A stretch of 64,000 nt of DNA from Styela clava (Eukaryota), in contig NC_135259.1 of the NCBI RefSeq assembly GCF_964204865.1, positions 9,486,001 to 9,550,000 on the forward strand. The letters are read 5' to 3'. The stretch's first letter is position 1. Each line of letters begins with the position of its first letter. The notes beneath the pieces were generated by a model that worked only from the letters and a program-made list of their open reading frames with translations, made no database searches and had not been told where the DNA came from. Below, in pieces: positions 13,119 to 25,300 of the stretch. Both the position numbers and the translations under genes were made by a program.

Positions 13119-16100
13119 GTGTAACAACAGTGTTCATCAGCATACGGACCAAGATTCACAAATATAGTAACTACGTTTATTTTAAGTTAGCCCTCGATTG
13201 TAAAATACGTTATTTCAATTATCACCAAACCCCCTGTGTGGTAAAATGCTTCGCTAGCTGATATTATAAATTTTACATTCGAACGGAAAGAAAAATTTTT
13301 GCTCTGAAGTGGACGATAATTTCTACAATTTACTGTCGACCGCGATGCTCCACGCGGCGCTGTAATTTTGCGTTGAGGATTTTTTAATATCAGATATGAA
13401 AAAACTAATAATATTAAGGTTTATCTGTCACAGAGGAGTATGTATGTTTGTGCACGTTCCCATTGTTTGTAATAAGTGATATTCACTTTGTTTCTTTGTG
13501 TCGTTTACAATTAAATATCCGTACCTCATCATCTGAAACGTGGATGGAGACATGTCGGTATTTAATTAAATCGAACGATGAAAAGGTAATTCCGTTTTGG
13601 CTAAATTTTTATTCATGTTTATGTCATTTAATCTGTACGTCTATGGTCAAGTAAGAACGTTACCCTAGAAATGGTCAACAAATTTGCAATAAATAATTGT
13701 GCGAAACAGTTTTAAGTTGTGCCCTTTCGATGTATCTTATTTTGAATACTGCTTGGAAGTTCCAGTTCTTCTTTGTTGTATCGAGAAATAATACCGTGAA
13801 ATGGTGTTTGGGAGCTAATTTTAAATATTGAACCAACCTTTTTATCTAGTAAAACTAATTTTATGAGATATACCTATCGTATCAAAAGTCACAAGTTAAT
13901 TTATTTGACGTCGATTTAATAAATATTGTTTTGGCAAATTGTCGCAAGCACGTGCATGAACTTATTTCCCTTCTGACGAGTTTTGGTGGGATTAACGCAG
14001 TAACAGCGACTGAACAGTATTTGTCAACAGTTTTTAAACAATCAAATCATTCTTTTGTGAGCCACTAATCAGAACACAATGATACTTGAACGATTCAGTT
14101 TTTACGGTTTTCTATCCGGATTTTCGAATGTAATATACGGCTCCAAGAAATCTTTTGCCTTGTTAAACGGCTCCAACTATATTATACGAAAATTTACAGC
14201 TAATCACAATTCTTTATTTTTTCTATTTGTACAGCCAAAGAATCATGAGCGCAAAGAAGCCTGAGAAAATATAAGCTGAATATGATTTAAAGTATTCGTC
14301 ATAAAGTAAAGCGTAAAACAACAATGAGCATTTTTCAGTCAGCAAGCGCGTGAAGGAAGATGAAGCGATACATTGAGATTCGGCAAGACATGCTGTAATC
14401 AGGTAAAGATATTTATACGAAACGGATTTTTCAGATTTAAAAAGAATACGGTTTTGAATATATCAAGTTCAACGGATATCGTTGTGCTGTATCGATCGTA
14501 CGAGCATGAAAAATTGAGATAATTGATCTTGATAATCTGAAGCACATATTATGCTTGAGGTCACTGTCAGCAGATCCTTGATCAATATACACCTCCCACC
14601 CATATTCTTCGCTCGTTTGAACTGTTCATAGAAGTTAATGAGTTAGTTTGTAATGAGTTAGTTTGCATGTAAAATATCAGACAATTTAGAATCCACGTTA
14701 ACGTTGGTATTAATACAATTCTATTCAAAGAAGATTATTGACACCTTGTTTAAAAAGAAAACTTCAATTAAGATTGTAGTTAAAAAAAACTATCACTTAG
14801 AAATTATCTATGAAATCATAAACAAAAATGTCTAGGTGTACAAATGACTATCGATGATTTTAATTTAAAAAAATGAATGTTAGGAAGAATCGATTAATTA
14901 ATGAATTTTTTTAATAATGAATATTTATCTATACAACTAATCTAAAAGAATGGAAATATTATTAGTAATTTTCTGAATTTTAGAAATTAAATAGTAGATG
15001 AAATAATTAGTTTTATTCAAACGGTGAACAAAAATCGGTGACGGGAATGAAAACTCATTAGAACTATATAAAATGAATTCTGGAATCCTCAGATCCGTAT
15101 TGATTTCTCTGTCATTAAATATCACCCATAATTTTAATTTTTAGCATATTCTTTGTCACCCAACATGTGTTCTTGATTTTAGTAAAAGAAAACATGATTT
15201 TAACAAATTTTTTCCGAAGCGCCCATAACAAATTATCGTATCCTGAAAAGATATTCCATTCAAGTATGGTTATTGATATTGATTTGAATTATCCCAGTCT
15301 ACTTTATATATGGCCTATATTTACTTAAAGTTAACACGAACATGGCCTTCCATCATGTCTCGAATGTCTGGTATATCCCTTATTTAGGGAATCTACGACC
15401 TAATTTAATTTTACACGATTTCAATCGACGTTACCGCAATATCACAGAATATCGATCGCAGCCTAAAGTGCTATTTTTAAATTACATTGCGTCAAAAATA
15501 ATTTAATAACGCTATTTTTGGACAGGGATTTTGAATATAACTTTTCCGCCAATTTTACCATAACAAGTCAAACGTCGCGAGGCTCTACGTGACGGCGCCA
15601 TGCGGTTATTGTTATTCACCTTAAGGCAAGGTTCATGAATCAACGTATATCTTCTAGTTTTAAATATTTTAAAACTTGCATTTGAACTTTGTACAAACCC
15701 CTATTTATTACAAGTTTTGTAAAGACAATTAAAGGAGCAGTTATGAGCCCAAATGTTGGGTACTTCACTATATTTTACCTTTGGCTAGTTTGTCATTGGT
15801 TAAATATACTTCGAGATTATCAAGACATATTTATTTAATATCATTCGTTTTCTATCAAATAAAACTTGATGTTGCTATAGGTTCGAATGGGTATTTAATC
15901 TGCTTTTACCTTTGAAAAATTCTCTCAATCTAAATAATGAAACCGTGGCAGAACATAAATATTCTTTTAGTATAAGTAATGTTTTTGAATGAGAAAGGTA
16001 CAAATTGTACTGGATTTTTGCTATATTTATAAATTGAAAAGTTCTATTCCTAAAGTAAGGAGGGATCATGAACAATTTGGTATCCCAATTTTTCAAACTT

Positions 16101-16312
16101 ATTTAAAATTAATTTTCAAAAGCGATACTGAAATTTCCAGTATTGTTTTTGTTTGTGATCTAACATTCGGAAGATCAAATCCAGCACTTCGACAGTCTAC
16201 TCTTTATTGACCCCTAGCGGGTTCGAAAATACGAGATGATCCTTTTTTCGTTGCAACCATGGCGCCTCGTGATTGTGACAATATATAAGAAGAAGAAGAA
16301 GAAAATTCTTAC

Positions 16313-19300
16313 CATGCTGAAACTGGTTTTTCACCCGGCGGGCATGTTCTAGTAATTTCTTCGTATTCCAAGCCGCACTTATTTCCTCGAAGACGTTTCT
16401 GAATCAATCTTTCACCATAAGTATCTCCGTCGGCGGGAATTGTACAACAGGCACTCCAACCGCTCCAACCCCACTCGCAACACGGACCTACAAAACAAGG
16501 ATATTCTTAGTTGTTTCAGGTATATACATACGCAGTTATACAAGTAATATTCATAAAATATACAAGACTAATGAGCACTTTGAAAACCAATTATACCTGC
16601 GTCGCAGAATTCCGTATGGGTTGGTAGACCAAAACATAAACCTTCTCCTGGTTTTCCACCAATACATATTCTGGATCTCACCTACAAAAATAAATGAGAA
16701 ATGTTTGAACTTGCTTTCTTTTTTACATACAAAGTTGATATTGGATTGAGTAATGACAAACAAAAAAACGGAAGTTTCAATGAGTAATTCTGAGCTACGC
16801 TTAAATCCGGAGCATTAGCGTAAAAAATATAATATACATTCATCCTACATATAGTCATAAAAAGCTAATAGTCTCTCTACCTTGCAAATGTGTAAGGCTA
16901 CACCAACCTCCACTCGGGACTCGAAATACGTAACCGAAATACTTATCTTTGATAATTTATATTTCAATAATAATCAGAAAATCATATTAAAAATCTTTGT
17001 CAGAATATATTTAAAATTTCTAATCAACATTCCCTTCATGCGAATAGGGCGAAGAATCATTGAATGGAACAAAAAGGTTAATTTATTCTTCCAAGTTTGT
17101 TTTTAAATACATATGATTTAGCATTATTGATGTTAAAATAAATATAGTGTAACTAACCCTTTGTCCTTCACCACATGAAGCACTGCACGGTCCATAATTA
17201 GACCAACCGAACCAATAGGCACATGGTCTGGTATTGCATTTCACTTTTTCGAGCTCGCTTGGTTTGTTGCACGAATGGTCTCGCATTCTTGTCCTGGTAC
17301 CATCACCGCAAGTTGTGGTACATGGAGTCCATTGTGACCATTCGAGATAGTCACCTACAAAGTAATAATAAAAAATAAATTCATGCATTCTTCTTCAACT
17401 TGGCTTGGTTATCGTAAAGAATAGTAACTGCAACTGTCCTCAATAATATAAGCAATTTTCTAAACCTGTAAATGCTGGTTCAAACCGGCTGGAACGACGG
17501 TTTATAAATTACCAAGCCATTATTAAAATATTGATTGGAATGAAAGTCTGATAGCTCGCAATTGGGTAAGAATATATACTTTAATATACACGGCACTTAC
17601 CCTCAAATGTGTTACAGGGTTCGGCTACAACTTCGTCGGGTTCACCACAAGTATGTGAGCGAGATCTAACGTGAGTTCCTCCTCCACATGATGCTGTACA
17701 ACGTGTCCAATCTGTCCATGGTCCATATGTACCTCTGTGAGTGTTGCAAGGAACCACTTCCACTTCGGGATCAAGATCACAGTTATGTGTTCGGAATCTA
17801 ATATGCAAAATATTATGGAATAATAAATCATTGTTTAAAATGTTTTTATCTTGGGGCTAACAACACCATGTAAAGGACTTCGTAAAATTCGCACCTGGTT
17901 TGTTCACCACCTTTACAAGTTGCAGAGCATGGTGTAAAATCGCTCCAATCACTCCATTCGCCATTGCCCAAATTGCATTCTCGATTTTCCACACTATCTC
18001 CCAAACATCCAGCCATGCCAGCTTGTCCGTATTGACACTCTCGGGTACGAATTTGGATTCCGTTTTTACATGTTGCAGAACATCTACTCCATTCCGTCCA
18101 GCCTGACCACATTTCGCAATCTCTTTCATTGCAGGCCTATATCGAATATAAAAACATAGTGTTTGTTCAAACATGGAATAACAACACTTCATGAAGACAT
18201 ACAATCTGGTTTTCTAACATGGATGGTGTTGTGACTGTATTCTGTACTGTTAAGTTTATGTTAAGGTTAAGATAATCGAACAACGTGTACATGAATAAAT
18301 GCATACATATATGTTAATTTTTTTTTCTATATTAAGCGGTAATTCTCACAGAAATAGTTGTAATTGTTCAATTGTCATAGTCGCTAAAATATTGGTTTCA
18401 CAGTGTTTCAAACGAATAAATATGATGTTATGTGTGAGATCATACATGCAAAATGGACAATTCTCTTGCAATAAAGTGCAAAAATATATGAATAATATTT
18501 AATGTTCTGTGGACGTACCTGCGGTTCGTATTGATCATCAAGTCCGCAGGTGTGTGATCTTCTTCTAGTTCTAAGTCCACCACCACATGACTTCGAACAG
18601 GTTGTCCATTGATCCCAGACCGTCCAAGCACCACCAAATGTGTTGCAATCTCCTGTGTCGATTTGATCGTCGAGGCCGCACGAATGGCGTCGGGTCTGTA
18701 AGCGTTCATTTAACCAAAATTATAAATAGGAAGGGTACATAAAACTATCGCAGTAGTCACAACTACTTACCCTGGTATGAGTGCCTCCTCCGCACGTTCT
18801 AGTACATTGTGACCATACAGACCATGGTCCGTAGTCTCCTGGGTAAGTGTTGCATACATCCACTTCCGAATCATCCGGTTCACCACATGTATGACCCCGT
18901 GTTCTTGAACGATAACCCCCACCACAAGTTACGCTACAATCAGTCCATGATTCCCAGTTCGTCCAGTCGCCTGATTTGTAAAAATTATTGGTCATGTAGA
19001 TTAAACAAGTACTGAAATGCGTTATTACCTATTATTGGCTGGTATACTAAAGTAAATCGTAAACGTCGCTATATTTCAAATACATTTTGCTTCTAGCAAA
19101 CGCAACTGGTGGTTTGTGACATCTATTCCACATTCAATTATACTAATAATATTACATTTATATCTAGAGTTGGTCTGATTGTGATTCACTTCTAACCTTG
19201 TTGTGTATTACACACTTGTGTTTCTATTTCGTCGTCAAGTCCGCAAGTATGAGATCTGGTTCTCGTTTGGAATCCTCCTTTGCAGGTAGCCTAATAGAAA

Positions 19301-22300
19301 ACAACCGCATTAGCGATGGGAATTAATTTCAGTATATTTTCAGTTCGTTGGTGGTTTATTTGCATAACTTTGATGTGAGTAGTAATGACAACGTATAACA
19401 AATGACCAACAGGGAACTCATATGAGATAAAACGTTCTAAATTACACACCGAACATCTTGTCCATCGGGTCCATTCTGTCCATTGGCCCATTGATATGGT
19501 ACAGCTGTCAGTTTCTAATGCTTCTCCGTCACAACCAATCATTCCAACTTTACCGTTTCTACATTGCCGGCTTCGAATTCTTGTTCCTGTAAGCACAACA
19601 AGCAAGTTTCTCAAACCGAGATTACATTTGGCATTGCTCGCCGCGACCATATCTATATACATTATAATCCAATAGATTGTCATTGATTTCAAAGTTTTCT
19701 AAGATTTGTTTGAATTGAATTTTACAAAAATAATGAACAGAGTCAGTCATGTGCAAGATGTCATTTCTCCAATCCTCAAAATTTGAAACAGCTTAATGAA
19801 TGACATTCGTATTACACTTTTATTTGAACTTACAATATAAGCTTTGAAAATTACTTGGAAACTTTGTATAAAAATTGTGCAGAAGTTAGAGGTAGTTTTA
19901 ATGCACACTAACCTCTGAAACATGTAACAGAGCATCTTGCCCAAATTGACCACGGTTCCCATTCAGGACAAGGCTGAGTGGCGCACGGTGAAACATCTCT
20001 GTCAGGGTCGGGCAAACATGAGTGTTCTCTTTGTCTCAAAATAATAGCGCTTCCACAAGTTTTGGGACACGGACTCCATGGTGACCAGCTGTCGTATTCA
20101 CCATCTGGGTAAAAGTAAGAGTTTATGACGAGGTATGAAAAATAGTGCATATGTTTCATAAAATTTAAATTCTACGAAGTCAACATTCTGCTATAACTTC
20201 CCTTTTAATAATTAATAGTTGTATATAGCCACGATATTTCATTCGTTGAAAAACATTCTACACGAATGAAGAAGAATACGCACCTCCTGCATTACATTCG
20301 CGAATTTGAGTGTCAATTGGACGTCCTTGTGAACAAGTTGTAGCCCGAGTTCTGACCTGCTCTCCAGTAAAGCAGGTAGTACTGCACGATGACCAGGATG
20401 TCCATTCCAACAAAATGCAACATTGTTTAAGTCCACATGGTTCAGCCTACATTTAAAAACAAAAAATAATATTTATACAAGTTCAAAACAGAAAACACGT
20501 TGTTGAATTAGCATTATATATCGAATATTCCAATGAGCATTTTTTGTATTGGCTACAACAATAACTTTTGAAATATTTCTGGCTGATAAAAATTTTTCAA
20601 CAAACAATAAATATAATTTTCTAACTTGGATTGGGATATAAAACATTAACATTTAGTGAAACTGACCTCAACTTCGTTTTCAGCTCCACAAATTCCTGAC
20701 CGTCTTCGCGCTCTTGTTCCAGTACCGCATGTAACGGAGCAAGGCCCCCATAGTGACCACGGTCCATGGAAAGGTGGTTGTCCACAAATACGCGATTCAG
20801 TGTCGACAGGTTCGTCACAGTTATGGAATCTGTATCGCATTTGATCTCCTCCAAGACAAGTCTGAGAACATGGTCCCCAATCAGACCATTCCGAATAAGT
20901 TCCCCCACTACCACACACTCGTCTCTCGATTTGTGGGTTTAGGCCACAACTGTGAATCTGTTGTCTAATCTAGAAAATATGTCATTGCTATTATTACAGT
21001 GGGTGACACGAAAAAATAAGCGAATATGCTTCACGTAAGAAAAAAATTGATAACAATGGTTACATTCGTCAAGTATGATGGAAGCTGCATAGCATTGATG
21101 GGACGGTGAAGGTATTCGATAAATTAGTCTATTCACATTTTCAACACAATTTCAATAAACAACGCTCACTATGTCCACTTGATATTTCAATAATATAAGT
21201 TACCTGTTGACCAGTACAAGTGCTGCTACATTCGGTCCAATCAGACCATGAACTGTAACCGCCTGGCCCTCCACATTCACCAACTTCAATCTTATCTTGC
21301 ATTCCACAGGTATGCTTCGCTGTTCGAACTCGTTGACCACCCGGACATGTTCTTGAGCACCTGCTCCATTCTTCGAAAGGTAAGTAGGTTCCAGAATCTG
21401 TGTTGCATTCTCTGTGAGATTGTTCAAAATATCAATTGGTATGATGGCGCACAAAGAAAAGGCGACGTTTTGGAAAACTAAACCAAACATGTATGACATG
21501 ATATGAATGATTTTCTCAAAGTAACGTTTGGAATAACCTACTTTATAAGTCACTTATAACATTCAACAAAACGTTCCACAAACCTGACTTGAATTTCTGG
21601 ATCTTTGATTTCGCAAATGTGAAGTCGCCTTCTAAACTGGTTCCCGCCGCCGCAAGTGACGGTACATTGACTCCAGTCATCCCAACCACCGTACCCTGGA
21701 TCTTCGCCACAGAATCTTGTTTCGACCTTGTCTTGTGCTCCGCAACTGTGCGTTTGACTTCTTGCCTGTGACCCTCCTGGGCATGTTTTGGAACAGATTG
21801 ACCAATCACTCCACTGACTGTAAAACCCTGGCCCTTGGTTGCAGATCTGAACAACAAAAACGTAAAGATTACTATTTTATATAATAAAATTTAGTTTAAA
21901 TAAACCGAGTCTTGTCAGTCCTGTTGACCCTTATAGTGGAAGAAGTCGGGTAGAAAAAATAAATGAGAAATTGGGGACATAATTTACCTCGACATCAATC
22001 TCATCATCAATTTCAGGGCAAGTGTTCTTTCTTACTCTTCTTCTTCGTCCAGTCAGACAGGTGACATCACAAGTACTCCAGTCTGACCACTGTAAGAATA
22101 CACAGCATGGTCTTTCGTTGCATACTCGAATTTCTCGCTCTGTACCATCAGAATTTCCTGGCAAGGCGATAGCTGTATGCAAAAACAAATGATTTTATTA
22201 TTGAAACCGTTTTTTTTTTTTATTGGTTGTACTTATTTTCATATCATCAATAATTAAATGTTTAAGAAAAATTTAAAAATCACGATTATGCCCTCGGGAG

Positions 22301-25300
22301 AAATGTATTTGTAAACACAACGTAGGGAATTCTTGTAAAAACACTTGTTTGTCGGGGAATTGCTCGTTGCTTTCGACGTTGGGCTAATTATGCGCTTAGC
22401 ATTCAAATAACTTCCTGATTGGTGATCTAAGAATTCTAAGCTTTGATACTAATTGTGAACCATGTTCACATATGTCAGATATCACAGACAAATGTATCGT
22501 CGGATAACGACGCCTAACTTCTTCTGTAAAAATATAAGTCTCAACAATGGATATTATTATCTAATGCTATATTATTATGATACTTACGACAAGAATGCAC
22601 TCTGCTTCTGAATTGGGTACCGGTGTCACATTGCTTGGTGCAGTCGCTGTATCCAGACCATCTTCCCCAGCTACCAGGAGATCCACAAATTTCAGAGTCT
22701 TCCTGCAAGATTAAGCATGTTAGTATCGAATATATGGATAAATTGATATGTTGTTCAAATATAAAGTTGTTAAACTAAGCAATCACTAGCTATGTGTACT
22801 TACTTGTCTTTCGCTTGTACACACTTGGAACCTGAGACGAGTACGTTGACCGCCGATACAGGACTGACTGCAAGCTGACCAGAATCCCCAGTTAGTGTAT
22901 CCACCTGCAAAATAACAAAAATACTCAATAATTCCTTTACTGTGGACGTTAGTTATTGTCATCAATAACACACAGCTCCGTTGTTAATGTGAAACAGAAC
23001 CATGCCCCTGTACCGACTTGTATTGTACGTTAGTGTATTCATGTATTATAGCTGAGAGTTGGGTAAGCTATAGAGCGCATGCGACCAACCATATTAAAAG
23101 AATATGCTACTTTACGTGTCTTTGACACTAATGTCAATAAGCCGAAATCGCTTTGCTCTGAAAACTTTTAAACGTCACATTCGCTTGAAAACATCAAGAA
23201 CTAAAAGATGACTCTAATAGCATAGCAGCTACAGGATGGTGAGTAGTTTAAGATATTATTAATTCGATTAATTATTTTTAATTTATTAATTCAAGTATGT
23301 TGAACTTGTTGTACAAATTGGTACCCTTCTGTTATTAATACGAGCATGTGCCTTTTTTATTCGCCATTAAAAACCCATTCTATCTTCATTTAAAATTATA
23401 GATTAAGTGATGTTGGAAATAAAAAAATTCGAGCAGTGACCACAAATGAATGTACTCAATATGTTTAATAGATTCCGCACGAAAAACAACAATTGTGCAT
23501 TAAAGTTCCATTGTTTTGCGAGGAAATGTTGTAGCTTGCATGTCATTCAAACAATTCTTATATGACACGAAGTGAACCAATGAATCGTTTTGTCATTTTT
23601 TATTTTCGTTCTTGTTGTTACCCTATTAAAAAAATCGCGTTTTTTATTCATTACTAGACCAATTGCTTGGAAATTTTCAGTGGTTAAGTATTGTTTTTAC
23701 TTCAAACAATTTTGTGGGTTCTATGTGGTTCGTTTTTTTTGTGTGCGATAACGTCATCGAAATTAAAAAATTGCGCACCTTGTGTCTGTTTCGCGTTAGT
23801 GGTTATGATTAGTCGTTAAGACTGCGCTCTGGTAGACTGCTGTGGCAGATTGAATACCGTTCTACTTCGTTTTGACCTTTCTGTCTATATATATTAGCAT
23901 CGCTTTCTTATTTTGCTAGCAGCATAGGCGAGCATGTACATGAAGTTCTGTTATTTTTGACACTAATGCTTTTTTAAGTTTGATTACGCACAGTGATATC
24001 CATTCATCACAATGTGTTTTAGCTGCAGTATGAAAGGTTACCTATTTCTCCGCAATCTTCGATCTGTGTGTCCTGTTCGTTGGTACATGAATCGTATCTT
24101 ACTCTAACTCTGCTGCCACCAGGACAAGTAGAAGAACAACTAGACCAGGCCAACCATTCTCCCCATGTACCAGGAAATCCGCACGTCTCTGATTCAAATT
24201 CTTCAGCTTCGCATGTATGAATTCGTGATCTGGCTCTGGTACCACCCGGACAGCTCTTTGAGCATGGAGTCCAGTTAGACCTGAAAACATTATTCGGTAA
24301 AACAAATTGTTTTCAACAACCCAAGTAAGAAATGCTCGGCAATTCAAATTCCAATTTGTAGAATTCAATTGCGAATAGATTTCTGTTTTGAAATTCAACT
24401 TTAAACTCTTAAAATTTCCGAACAAGCGTTTCCAAGATATATACTTGCTATACCTTAATATTGTTATTATTGCTCACACCGTATAAATATGGATCGTTTG
24501 TTGAATTCTTTTAGTTGTTTATAAAAAAGTTTTTTGCCGCAATTAAAGGGACTATTTATTTCAAATTTTCATTACGTAAAGATGGTTGACGTCGCTATCG
24601 AGTCATTACTTTTATTATTTAAAATTTTCATTTTTTTTCAATTTGTCCCATAGATAGAACACTATATTTTACACATAATTTTGCTGTGTATCTTGATTAG
24701 AAGAAACTTTTTTTTCCCGTTACGTTGACTGCCTACGAATGACCTCCTCAAGTATGCGCACCAAGATGGCGCACAGCCTGAACTCAGGTTGTGTACCAGG
24801 TTAGGGTTCAGGTTGTGCGCCATCTTGGTGCGCATACTTCAGGAGTACCCATTTGAATTTTGCTCTCGTTTCAAAGACGCGCTTACTGTGTAAAGAAAAT
24901 AACGTACCATTCCAAGTACACGCCTGGCTGACCGCACTGACGTACATCAAACTCGTCATCTAACCCACATGAGTGACTTCGTCGGCGGGATTGAAATCCA
25001 CCAGGACAAGTTGTCGAGCAAGATTCCCAGTAAGACCAATCTCCGTAGTTTCCTGGACCTGTTTATGAATGAAAGAAAATAATATTGGTGAGTCCAGTAA
25101 ATCTTGTTTTTCAATCTTTTTGGGAATTTGTAACTATGTGAAGGGGTAAGATATTTGATGCTGGCGATGGGAGTACATCCAACATCTCCATGAATTGTAT
25201 TTCTTGGTCATCTTTCACTAATAAATTGTTTAATTATATCATTTTTAAGTTATTGCTTATTTATATATATTGCTTGTAATTTAAAAAAACTCCGTTAAGC

